This document shows positions 1-8,796 of a stretch of 64,000 nt of DNA, piece after piece (position 1 is the stretch's first letter; every line of letters begins with the position of its first letter). Source of the DNA: Turneriella sp. Its GTDB lineage: Bacteria; Spirochaetota; Leptospiria; Turneriellales; Turneriellaceae. The translations under genes were made by a program, and so were the position numbers. The DNA lies in contig CBDIID010000003.1 in assembly GCA_965279515.1 (NCBI GenBank), forward strand, positions 4,512,001 to 4,576,000, written 5' to 3'. Below the pieces are notes generated by a model. It ran no database searches. It had not been told where the DNA came from and was given only the letters and a program-made list of their open reading frames with translations.

Positions 1-613
1 CGGGAATCGGCTTTGTCTCGGCGACTGTCGAGAACTCTGTCTCGGTCGAGCCGGGGCATAACGTGGTGACATCCACCCCGTATTTTTTCATTTCATACCA
101 CAGGCCTTCGCCGAGCAGCAGGTCATAGACTTTCGTTGCCGCATAATGAGTCATGTATGGCACCGCCTGGAATGACACGACGGAGCTCACCATGATGATG
201 CCGCCGCGGCGGTGCGAAGCCATGATTTTGCCGTACTCATGCGCAATGATCAGGGGGGCGCGGCAGTTGACGTCGAGCATGCGTAGCTCGTAATCGAGGC
301 TGTTCTCGGTAAATTCGCCCGCCAAACCGAACCCGGCATTGTTGACGACGAGGCCGATATTGAGTTTGGCGGTGTGTTTCTTCAGCGTGTTCAGGAAATT
401 AGGTTTTGCGAGATCGAGCGGAACTACCTTCACCTGGATGCCATGCTCGAGCCGCAGCGCTACAGCGAGTTCATTCAGCCTGTCTTTGCGTCTTGCAACA
501 AGTATCAGATCGAGTTTCTGCGCGGCGAGCTGGCGCGCGAATTCGGCGCCGAGACCCGAACTTGCCCCGGTGATCAGGGCCCATGCGCCATAGCGGTTGC
601 GGAAGTCGGTCAT
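1..613 (-). CDS. Short-chain dehydrogenase/reductase (SDR); 3' end runs out of the window
   Basis: Manual translation from ATG at 613: MTDFRNRYGAWALITGASSGLGAEFARQLA (TGxxxGxG), NNAG, catalytic YAATK (YxxxK). Not in the ORF track because it has no stop within the window. Confidence 0.9.
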   Translation of the reverse strand, partial: MTDFRNRYGAWALITGASSGLGAEFARQLAAQKLDLILVARRKDRLNELAVALRLEHGIQVKVVPLDLAKPNFLNTLKKHTAKLNIGLVVNNAGFGLAGEFTENSLDYELRMLDVNCRAPLIIAHEYGKIMASHRRGGIIMVSSVVSFQAVPYMTHYAATKVYDLLLGEGLWYEMKKYGVDVTTLCPGSTETEFSTVAETKPIP

Positions 614-616
614 GGT

Positions 617-1054
617 TTAAGTGACCTCCATTTGTTTTTTGAGTTTCGAAAGGCCATTGCTCACGGCGAGTTTTAATAGCTGTTCTACGACGATGCCGCC
701 GATACCCATCTCAAAGGTAATGTTCCAATCGATGGCGACAGCGCCATTTTCTTCTTTTAATGTGATTACACCGAGATGGTTAGAAAGGGGAGAGCCGCGT
801 GTAATTTTGTATTCGATGGTTTCTGGTTTCCTGCTCTTTACTACGGTCTCGTCAAAATCCGAAAGCCCGAGAATTTTGAGTGTGCGTACAGAACCGGTGC
901 CATTCACTCCCTCGCCGGCGGCAGTGGAATCTTTAGTTCGGCGGATATCCGCCATCATCCATTCGCCCATGCGGTTATGGTCGGCGAGGCGGTCAAAGAC
1001 ATCGCCGATCGGAGCACGGATTTTTTCGGTGATATGCGTTCGGTATTGGGACAT
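617..1054 (-). CDS. SRPBCC/START-fold (polyketide cyclase-like) protein
   Basis: 145 aa with IRAPIGDVFDRLADH...W and G-G-G-VR pattern typical of SRPBCC; directly upstream of the SDR. Confidence 0.75.
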   Translation of the reverse strand: MSQYRTHITEKIRAPIGDVFDRLADHNRMGEWMMADIRRTKDSTAAGEGVNGTGSVRTLKILGLSDFDETVVKSRKPETIEYKITRGSPLSNHLGVITLKEENGAVAIDWNITFEMGIGGIVVEQLLKLAVSNGLSKLKKQMEVT

Positions 1055-1176
1055 GTTTTCGCGTATGGGCTCTCGGTTAAGCCGTCAAGTGGGATGTACC
1101 TCGCGTATCGCTATCTCACTTAGGACCATTTCTTGACAGAGTGTCTAGAACGCAGACCTTTCCTTAACTGTTCAAT

Positions 1177-1193
1177 TTGGCATTGAGTTTGCT
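1177..1193 (+). promoter_or_regulatory. Sigma-54 (-24/-12) promoter candidate for glnA
   Basis: TTGGCATTGAGTTTGCT = TGGCA..TTGC with exact GG-N10-GC spacing, about 65 bp upstream of the glnA ATG; glnA is a classic sigma-54 target. Confidence 0.7.
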
Positions 1194-1257
1194 GAATTTG
1201 TGACAGAAGGGATCGTTTGGTATTTCAATCCCGCTAACTTAAAAACTAGGAGATTTT

Positions 1258-2694
1258 ATGGCGAAATTAAAATTCGGTTCATGGAAAGAAGTCATCGACT
1301 TTGCTAAAAAAAGCGGGGCGATTTTCTATGATTTCAGATTCTCAGATATCGGCGGCGCATGGCACCACGTCTCATACCACGTCGACTCTATCACCGAAGA
1401 ATCATTCAAGGGATTACCATTCGACGGTAGCTCAATCACAAAATGGCAGCCTATTAACCAGTCGGACATGCAGCTCATTCCCGATATGGAAGGTGCTTTC
1501 CTCGACCCATTTACTGCTGATGTGACTCTCGTTGTTTTTTGCGACGTCTATGACATCTATAAGAAGCAGATGTATGAAAAGTGTCCGCGCTCGATCGCGA
1601 AAAAAGCGATCCAGTTCCTCAATAAATCAGGTCTCGGCGACACGGCCTTTTTCGGACCAGAGAACGAGTTTTTTATCTTTGATTCGATCCGCGTGCGCGA
1701 CGACATCAACTGCCAGTATTATGAAATCGACAGTAACGAAGGCGCATGGAATACAGCGACCGCTGCCGTCGGCGACGGCCACAACCTCGGCCACCGCCCT
1801 GGAACCAAAGGCGGTTATTTCCCGGTTGCACCGCGCGACTCACAGGTCGACATCCGCGCTGAGATCGTGAAGACCCTTCACCAGATCGGCCTCGAAACCT
1901 TTGTTGTTCACCACGAAGTGGCGCAGGGACAGGGCGAGATCGGCGTGAAGTTCGGTACGCTCGTCGAAGCGGCTGACAATGTGCAGAAGCTGAAATACGT
2001 TGTGAAAAACGTGGCGAAACGCCATGGCAAAACCGCAACGTTCATGCCGAAGCCGCTCTTCGGCGACAACGGTAACGGTATGCACGTGCACCAGTCGATC
2101 TGGAAAGCGGGCGAGAACCAATTCGCTGGTAGCAAATACCAGGAACTCAGCGACTTTGCACTCAACTACATCGGTGGCGTTCTGAAGTATGCGCGCGCGA
2201 TCGCGGCCTTCTCGAATGCATCGACAAACTCGTACAAACGTCTGATCCCGGGCTTCGAAGCTCCTTCGATTCTGACCTATTCGGCGCAGAACCGCTCGGC
2301 TTCGTGCCGTATCCCGTTTGTATCGGGCGCAAAAGCGAAACGCGCAGAATTCCGTTTCCCGGATTCGACAGCCAACCCATACCTCTGCTTTGCGGCGATG
2401 CTGATGGCAGGCCTTAAGGGAGTTCAGGACAAGATCGATCCAGGCAAACCGATGGAAGAAGATTTGTTCGAACTTTCACTCGACGAAATCCGCGAGAAGG
2501 GCATCAAACAAATGCCACACACTCTGCGTGAAGCGATCGAAGAAATGCTGGCGAACCGCGCGATCTTTGAGCAAGGTGAAGTTTTCACAAAAGAATTCAT
2601 CGAGACTTACAAAGAGCTGAAGTTTGAATCGGAAGTCTGGCCGTGGGAAGCACGTCCTCACCCATTCGAATTCCTCGCTACGTATAGCTGTTAA
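1258..2694 (+). CDS. glnA: Glutamine synthetase type I
   Basis: [63 protein letters not shown] motifs; AGGAG RBS. Confidence 0.98.
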   Translation: MAKLKFGSWKEVIDFAKKSGAIFYDFRFSDIGGAWHHVSYHVDSITEESFKGLPFDGSSITKWQPINQSDMQLIPDMEGAFLDPFTADVTLVVFCDVYDIYKKQMYEKCPRSIAKKAIQFLNKSGLGDTAFFGPENEFFIFDSIRVRDDINCQYYEIDSNEGAWNTATAAVGDGHNLGHRPGTKGGYFPVAPRDSQVDIRAEIVKTLHQIGLETFVVHHEVAQGQGEIGVKFGTLVEAADNVQKLKYVVKNVAKRHGKTATFMPKPLFGDNGNGMHVHQSIWKAGENQFAGSKYQELSDFALNYIGGVLKYARAIAAFSNASTNSYKRLIPGFEAPSILTYSAQNRSASCRIPFVSGAKAKRAEFRFPDSTANPYLCFAAMLMAGLKGVQDKIDPGKPMEEDLFELSLDEIREKGIKQMPHTLREAIEEMLANRAIFEQGEVFTKEFIETYKELKFESEVWPWEARPHPFEFLATYSC

Positions 2695-2699
2695 TTATT

Positions 2700-2750
2700 T
2701 CAGGGGCAAGCCCCCTGAAATCCCCTAAAGGCCCCGTAAGGGGCTTTTTT
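2700..2750 (+). terminator. Rho-independent terminator after glnA, preceded by a second hairpin
   Basis: GCCCC-GTAA-GGGGC followed by TTTTTT (2731-2750); upstream TCAGGGG-CAAGC-CCCCTGA hairpin. Confidence 0.85.
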
Positions 2751-2789
2751 ATTTGCTAAGACAATATGTTTTACGCGATGTGAGAATGT

Positions 2790-3251
2790 TTGTTAAAGAC
2801 GGTCTCTGTGCCAGAAATTTTAGTTAAATTTGCCCTGCTAAAAGAGCAGGCGGATGTACCTTCCCGCCAATCCGAACATGCAGCCGGTTATGATATCTAT
2901 GCATGCCTTGAAAGTGATTTCACCCTTGAACGGGGCAAAATTTTTCCGGTCCCGACGGGTATTTCCGTGGAAATTCCGCCGGGTTACCATATTTCGATCC
3001 GCGCGCGTTCGGGCATGGCGGTGAAGCATGGCCTGACACCCGTCAATACACCCGGTACGATCGACGCCGACTACCGCGGGGAAATTTTTGTCCCGCTTAT
3101 CAATTTGGGTCAGGCAGATTATACTATAAAGCATGGAGATCGCATCGCGCAGCTGCTGCTGGAAAAAACGTACAACATCCGCTGGGTCGAAGGTGAGCTT
3201 TCAGACACAGCGCGCGGGGAAGGAAAGTTTGGTTCCACAGGTCAGCGCTGA
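2790..3251 (+). CDS. dut: dUTP diphosphatase (true start may be GTG 2808)
   Basis: [34 protein letters not shown] dUTPase motifs. Confidence 0.96.
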   Translation: MLKTVSVPEILVKFALLKEQADVPSRQSEHAAGYDIYACLESDFTLERGKIFPVPTGISVEIPPGYHISIRARSGMAVKHGLTPVNTPGTIDADYRGEIFVPLINLGQADYTIKHGDRIAQLLLEKTYNIRWVEGELSDTARGEGKFGSTGQR

Positions 3252-4890
3252 TCCCGCCGGCATTATCGATTACCCGCGCCGCCTGACACGCGACCGCATC
3301 TATTTTGCCTTTGGCGGCGGCGTCGGTAAGTTTGGTACTAACTTCACGGTCTTTCATCTCAATGGCACAACGATCTGGGTCGATCTGGGTTCGGGATTTG
3401 CCAACCACCATACGCCTGGCATGGATAAAAACCTGCCTAACCGCCAGCTCTTGCTGGGATTTCCCCCGTCGGCGATTTTTCTAACGCATGGCCATGAAGA
3501 CCACATCGGCGCCGTGCCGCATTTAACCGAAGTCATTCCACAGGGCACACCGTTCTATGCCTCGCCGTTCACGACAGCACTGCTTACAAACCGTCTCAAA
3601 GACAGGGCGATCGATCCCGGCCGCTGGAAATTCAACCTGATCGAACAGAACAGCGAGACGACGATTGGCGATTTCCGTGTCTTCACGTTCTTCATGCCAC
3701 ATTCGATTCCGCAGTGTTTTTCTGTCGGTCTTGAGGCAGAGGTCGCGGGTTTGACCAAGCGCGTCTATTTTTCCAGTGACTTCAAACTCAAGGGCACCGA
3801 AGTGCGCCATAAGGTGCAGCAGATCAAAAAATTTGCGCCTGTCGACTTCCTGTTTGTCGATTCGACGGGCTCGCTGCATGACGGTGAGACAGCTGACGAA
3901 AAAGAGGTGGATGAATCCCTGGAAAAGCTTATCCAGAAGACAAAAGGCCGCATTTTTCTGACAACGTTCTCGTCGCAGGTCGAGCGTATTAAAAATCTTG
4001 TGAAGATTGCCGCGCAGGCCGGCCGTCCGATTGGTTTTTTGGGCCGTTCCCTCAAAGCCCAGTGGGAGGCTGCCTTCCAGTCGAAAGAAGTGTCGCAGCC
4101 TCTGCATATGATGAAACAGCCTTCTTTTACGAGCCAAAACGCGCTGTGGCTTGTCGCCGGCTGCCAGGCCGATAAGAACTCATCGTTCTCGAGGCTCACG
4201 CATGGCATGCTGACGAAAATACGCCTCAAAAAAGACGATACGATGATCTATTCGGCGAGTATGATTCCCGGCAACGAAGGGCGCATCTATGAATGCCTGA
4301 ACCTCGCTGCTGCTGCCGGTACGACCGTTGTCGGTGTCTCGGGCGACGTGCGCGTGCATGCCAGCGGGCATGGCAAGCGCGGCGACATCGAGAAGCTAAT
4401 CGGTTACCTGAGGCCGCGCACCATATTGCCGGTGCACGGCGACCCGCTGCATTTTGAATCTTTTCTGCATTTTATTTCCGATAAAAAGGTTCGAGTCGCG
4501 CTCACTGAGGAGCATAAAATCTATGCCTTGGGTGACGCACCGGAATTTGTCGAGTCGGTGCCTAATGAGACCTGTCTCGTCGAGCCCGGTGAGGTGCATT
4601 TCGAAGAGACGATCTACCGCGAGCGGGTGCACATGGGCGGCGAGGGCATCTGCATTGCGCTGTTTGATGCGGCGCGTTTCCAGTTATCCCGCCTCTCGTA
4701 TGTGGGAGTCATGAGCGAAACCCTGACGCAAAAACTGCAGAGCGAACTTTTCAGGGAAGCGGCGAAAATTGCCGCGGACCTTGCCGGCAGTGCCGATGCT
4801 AACCGCGAAAAGAAATTCCGCGACCGTTTGGGCCGGGTCCATCAGGATTTGATCGGCCGAAGTCCCTACGTGAAGATTCTTCAGCCATAA
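3229..4890 (+). CDS. rnj: Ribonuclease J (MBL / beta-CASP hydrolase); start uncertain, TTG 3229 likely
   Basis: [42 protein letters not shown] motifs. Confidence 0.85.
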   Translation: MVPQVSADPAGIIDYPRRLTRDRIYFAFGGGVGKFGTNFTVFHLNGTTIWVDLGSGFANHHTPGMDKNLPNRQLLLGFPPSAIFLTHGHEDHIGAVPHLTEVIPQGTPFYASPFTTALLTNRLKDRAIDPGRWKFNLIEQNSETTIGDFRVFTFFMPHSIPQCFSVGLEAEVAGLTKRVYFSSDFKLKGTEVRHKVQQIKKFAPVDFLFVDSTGSLHDGETADEKEVDESLEKLIQKTKGRIFLTTFSSQVERIKNLVKIAAQAGRPIGFLGRSLKAQWEAAFQSKEVSQPLHMMKQPSFTSQNALWLVAGCQADKNSSFSRLTHGMLTKIRLKKDDTMIYSASMIPGNEGRIYECLNLAAAAGTTVVGVSGDVRVHASGHGKRGDIEKLIGYLRPRTILPVHGDPLHFESFLHFISDKKVRVALTEEHKIYALGDAPEFVESVPNETCLVEPGEVHFEETIYRERVHMGGEGICIALFDAARFQLSRLSYVGVMSETLTQKLQSELFREAAKIAADLAGSADANREKKFRDRLGRVHQDLIGRSPYVKILQP

Positions 4891-4894
4891 TACA

Positions 4895-5653
4895 GTGAAC
4901 GCGCTCAGAATCATTCCCTGCCTCGACGTTAAAGACGGCCGCGTTGTCAAAGGCGTGAATTTCGTAAATTTACGCGATGCCGGCGACGCGGTCGAATGCG
5001 CGAAGGCCTATGACGCCGCGGGCGCCGACGAGCTGGTCTTTCTCGACATCACGGCGTCGTCAGACCGGCGCAACATCATCATCGATCTCGTCAAACATGT
5101 CGCCGAGCATGTGTTTATCCCGTTCTGTGTCGGTGGCGGTATTCGCACCCTCGAAGACATGCAGCTGATTCTTGCCGAGGGTGCCGACAAAATCTCTGTC
5201 AACACCGCCGCGTTCCAGAAGCCGGAGATTTTGAAGCAGGGCGCCGAACATTTTGGCAGCCAGTGTATTGTCTGCGCGATCGATGTAAAATTTAACGGCA
5301 CGTTCCACGAGGTTTATCTCAATGGCGGCCGCACACCCACGGGCCGCGATGCGACCGATTGGGCGCTGGAGGCCGAATCCTTAGGCGCAGGGGAAATCCT
5401 GCTGACGTCGATGAACGCCGATGGCGCGAAAACCGGCTATGATCTCGAAATCACGCGCAAGATCGCCGCAGCGGTTTCCGTGCCCGTGATCGCCTCGGGC
5501 GGCGCAGGCAAGGTAGATCATTTTGCCGCGGCCTTCGATGCCGGCGCGCGTGCCGCACTCGCGGCATCGCTTTTTCATTTTAATGAACTGCAGATCGCCG
5601 ACCTGAAAAAATACCTGTCGCAAAAGGGATATCCCATGCGGCTGGATTTCTAG
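4895..5653 (+). CDS. hisF: Imidazole glycerol phosphate synthase cyclase subunit
   Basis: [50 protein letters not shown]. Confidence 0.98.
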   Translation: MNALRIIPCLDVKDGRVVKGVNFVNLRDAGDAVECAKAYDAAGADELVFLDITASSDRRNIIIDLVKHVAEHVFIPFCVGGGIRTLEDMQLILAEGADKISVNTAAFQKPEILKQGAEHFGSQCIVCAIDVKFNGTFHEVYLNGGRTPTGRDATDWALEAESLGAGEILLTSMNADGAKTGYDLEITRKIAAAVSVPVIASGGAGKVDHFAAAFDAGARAALAASLFHFNELQIADLKKYLSQKGYPMRLDF

Positions 5654-5741
5654 GGATTATAGGTTATTCATCCCAGTACTGAACGCTTGTTCGTTTTCGA
5701 TTTTTGCTTGCTGTCTGGGCCCGGCTCTGTAAGGTCAGGCA

Positions 5742-6317
5742 ATGCGCGAATCGATTAGAGTTAAATTTTTGATACATGCCCCGGCGAAGGCGATCTACGA
5801 CGCCTGGCTTTCGGGCACCGAACACACGGCGATGACGGGCGCGAAGGCGACGGCCTCGCGGCTCGTGGGGGGTGAGTTCACCGCCTGGGACGGCGATATT
5901 TCCGGGAAAAACCTGCTGTTGCTGGACGGCAAAAAAATTGTCCAGAGCTGGCGCTCCTCAGAATTTCCCGAAGACGCGGCAGATTCCGTTTTGTCGGTGC
6001 AGTTCATCGAACAAAACGGCATTACCGAGGTTGACCTTGAGCACAAGGATATCCCACCGGGGCAGGGCGTGCAGTACCAATCGGGCTGGATCGAGTTCTA
6101 CGCGAATCCGATGCAGAAATATTTCGCCGCAAAATTCGGTGCGAAACCGGGCAAGGCCGGTAAAACTGCCGCGGCGAAGCCGAAAAAAGCAGTGCCAAAA
6201 AAGAAGGCAAGCAAAGCTAAAAAGAAAGTAGTCAAACCGAAAAGCAAGGCCAAACGGACCTTAGCCAAGACTAAAGTAAGGTCAAAAAAAACAGTCGCTA
6301 AGAAAAAAGGAAAATAA
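5742..6317 (+). CDS. SRPBCC (Aha1/AHSA1-like) domain protein with a Lys/Ala-rich histone-H1-like C-terminal tail
   Basis: APAKAIYDAWL..GGEFTAWDG..IVQSWR..GWIEFY N-domain; last ~60 aa are K/A/P-rich. Confidence 0.8.
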   Translation: MRESIRVKFLIHAPAKAIYDAWLSGTEHTAMTGAKATASRLVGGEFTAWDGDISGKNLLLLDGKKIVQSWRSSEFPEDAADSVLSVQFIEQNGITEVDLEHKDIPPGQGVQYQSGWIEFYANPMQKYFAAKFGAKPGKAGKTAAAKPKKAVPKKKASKAKKKVVKPKSKAKRTLAKTKVRSKKTVAKKKGK

Positions 6318-7589
6318 ATGGGTGAACAGGCAAAATTTGCAAATCTGATCGCGCTCGCGGTTCCGGTATTTTTCATTTCCATAGGGATTGAAATTGTCGC
6401 CTCGCTGATCATGAAGCGCAAAGTTTACCGCTTTAACGATTCCATTTCAGATCTGAGCGCCGGCATGATGCAAGAACTTGTGGGTGTTTTTACCAAGGTT
6501 CTGGCATACGGTATTTATATTTTTATTTTTGACGCAATCCACAAGCCCGCCAACGCCGCGCCGGGCCAGAGTTATGGCATCCCCATCAATGTCTGGACAT
6601 GGATTGCGGTTTTTCTCCTGGTCGACGTCATCTACTACTGGTTCCACCGCAATTCACATAACGTGGCCATTATCTGGGGCTCGCATGAAGCGCACCACTC
6701 GAGCCAGGAGTATAACCTGTCTGTCGCTTTGCGCCAGGGTGCTTTTCAGCGTCTGTTTTCCTTTCCGTATTATCTGCCGATGGCGCTTGCCGGATTTTCC
6801 CCGTTGCAGTTCATCATCTGCTCCCAGATCAATACACTCTATCAGTTCTTTATCCATACGCGGCTGGTAAAATCGCTGGGCTTTCTCGAATATTTCATGA
6901 ATACGCCGTCGCACCACCGTGTACACCATGGTGTAAATCCGAAATACATCGACAAAAACCATGCGGGCATGTTCATTGTCTGGGATAAACTTTTTGGAAC
7001 CTTTCAAAAAGAAGAAGAAGAGCCGCATTATGGCACAGTGAAGCCGCTGACCACGTTCAATCCTGTCTGGGCGCAGTTGCATTACTGGTGGGGGCTTTTC
7101 CAGCTTTCACTGAAAAGCCGTGGCCTTGATAAGATCAAAGTCTGGTTTAAGGGGCCGGGTTGGAAGCCTGAATATCTCGGCGGCAAACACGAGATTCCGG
7201 AAATTAATCCCAAAACTTACCAGAAGTATGAGCCGGAAAATACCACGCGGCTTAAGATCTATGCCGGTATTGTCTATGCGCTGTCGCTGCCGGTTTTTCT
7301 GGTATTGCAGCAGACCAAAGGTTTGCCGCTCGTCAACCAGCTGATTCTCGCGGTTCCCGTCGTGGTCGGTTTGGCGACGGCGGGCGGGCTCATGATGCGC
7401 AAAAAGTGGGGTTTTATTATGGAGTTTATCCGCGTCCCGCTTTTTACCTTCGTCATTTTTGCTGTCGTGAGTGTTTTGCGCAAAGATATTATGCTGACCG
7501 TGACCGGAATTGCCGCGGCGATCGGCGTTATCCAGCTGATCTGGCTGAGCCGCGAATACGTAAAGGCCGGCGAGCTCAAATTCGGCTGA
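6318..7589 (+). CDS. Sterol desaturase / alkylglycerol monooxygenase-like membrane protein
   Basis: Eight-His motifs YYWFHRNSH, HEAHHSS, FFIHT, TPSHHRVHHG, DKN..IVWDKLFGTF; multiple TM segments. Confidence 0.9.
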   Translation: MGEQAKFANLIALAVPVFFISIGIEIVASLIMKRKVYRFNDSISDLSAGMMQELVGVFTKVLAYGIYIFIFDAIHKPANAAPGQSYGIPINVWTWIAVFLLVDVIYYWFHRNSHNVAIIWGSHEAHHSSQEYNLSVALRQGAFQRLFSFPYYLPMALAGFSPLQFIICSQINTLYQFFIHTRLVKSLGFLEYFMNTPSHHRVHHGVNPKYIDKNHAGMFIVWDKLFGTFQKEEEEPHYGTVKPLTTFNPVWAQLHYWWGLFQLSLKSRGLDKIKVWFKGPGWKPEYLGGKHEIPEINPKTYQKYEPENTTRLKIYAGIVYALSLPVFLVLQQTKGLPLVNQLILAVPVVVGLATAGGLMMRKKWGFIMEFIRVPLFTFVIFAVVSVLRKDIMLTVTGIAAAIGVIQLIWLSREYVKAGELKFG

Positions 7590-7663
7590 AAGCTGCCGGG
7601 TAGCGGCATAATGCTTTGCGGTTTGTCCGAGCGCTGAAATCCTACCCCATATTTTTTCCGGGA

Positions 7664-7740
7664 GCCGGCCTGTACCCAAGGCGTTCGGTACGAACGCCAC
7701 TGGTACGCCGGCCCCTGGATACGTCGTGTATCACAGGAGT
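7664..7740 (+). promoter_or_regulatory. Double stem-loop 5' leader; the second stem pairs part of the RBS of the LipL31-like gene
   Basis: CCGGC..GTACC..GGCGTTCG-GTA-CGAACGCC..GGTAC.GCCGG, then CCTG-GATAC-GTCGT-GTATC-A-CAGG(AG). Confidence 0.5.
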
Positions 7741-7745
7741 AACAA

Positions 7746-8501
7746 ATGAAGAAGATTAGAATTTTTGCCGTGCTGTTAGCTGCGGCGCTGATCGCAGGAA
7801 CATGCGGCGGCGATAAATCACCCTGGTTGTGGAAGATCGAGGGTAAATCAGTTACACTCAAACAACTCGAAGAAGCCTACAGCGGTTTCGGTGTTTTGAT
7901 GAAAGAACAGCTGCAACAACGTATGGGCCGTTTTATTCCTGAAGAAGAGTTCAAACAATTGCTCGAAGATCCGGATAAATCGGGAAATCCACAACTCGCT
8001 GAAATGTTCAAAAGTTTTGGCAAAGACCTCTTTGCAGACCAATACCAGGATATGCTTATCCTGAACATGGAAGCACAAAAGGACGGCTTTGCAAAACGCC
8101 CTGAAATCAAGGCTAAACTCGAATTTTTGCAGAAATACTTTCTCGCGAATATGTACCTCTTCGATTCATTAAAACTCGAAGATATCAAAATCAGCGATGC
8201 CGAAGCCTTTGCCGCCTGGGAAAAAGCCAAGAAAGAAGACAAACGCCTCGCGACGATTCCTATCGACCAGGGCCTTGAGATGATCAAAGGCCGTATGGTC
8301 ATGGCCGGTGCGATGGAAAAACAGCGCACGATCATGAAAAATGCGAAGCAGAAATACCGTATCGACACCAACAAGGATTTTGAGATCGCTAAACACGTGA
8401 AAGAAACGCGCGAAGAAGCGCGCAAGAAACGCGAAGCGGCAGCAAACCAAACACCTGGTACGGCGCCGACACCGACGCCTGTTACTCCACCGAAGAAGTA
8501 A
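7746..8501 (+). CDS. LipL31-like lipoprotein (SurA/PrsA N-terminal chaperone-like)
   Basis: Signal peptide with lipobox LIAGTC; IEGKSVTLKQLEEAY and ILNMEAQKDG resemble Leptospira LipL31 as recalled; Pro/Thr-rich tail; strong AGGAG RBS. Confidence 0.6.
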   Translation: MKKIRIFAVLLAAALIAGTCGGDKSPWLWKIEGKSVTLKQLEEAYSGFGVLMKEQLQQRMGRFIPEEEFKQLLEDPDKSGNPQLAEMFKSFGKDLFADQYQDMLILNMEAQKDGFAKRPEIKAKLEFLQKYFLANMYLFDSLKLEDIKISDAEAFAAWEKAKKEDKRLATIPIDQGLEMIKGRMVMAGAMEKQRTIMKNAKQKYRIDTNKDFEIAKHVKETREEARKKREAAANQTPGTAPTPTPVTPPKK

Positions 8502-8517
8502 CTAAAGGCGCACCCGG

Positions 8518-8796
8518 CTATCCGCCGAGAAGCCGGGTGTGAATTTCGGGATAGAACCGGCGTAAGACCGGTTTAAATTCAAAAAGTTTTACAGAGTGCC
8601 TGGAGAGTACCTTTTCCAGGATTTCAGAATTAGGTTTGGGGGCTCCCCCGTGCAGGTAATACGCCAGTCGTTCTTCCGTGAATTCGGCGATCGCCTGTTC
8701 CACAAAAGGTTTTTCGATATTGGTAGGCTTTTTTCCGCAATGCAATACCGCTGCGAAAAGTACTGCAAGGGATACAAACCTAAGGTTGCGATTCAT
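8518..8796 (-). CDS. Small hypothetical lipoprotein
   Basis: Signal peptide and lipobox AVLHC followed by GKK; overlaps the end of the upstream gene. Confidence 0.65.
   Translation of the reverse strand: MNRNLRFVSLAVLFAAVLHCGKKPTNIEKPFVEQAIAEFTEERLAYYLHGGAPKPNSEILEKVLSRHSVKLFEFKPVLRRFYPEIHTRLLGG

Noticed and set aside
621..1136. 171-aa plus-strand ORF and other short overlapping ORFs in the track
   Set aside because: Lie opposite or out of frame within well-supported genes and have no protein-like features.
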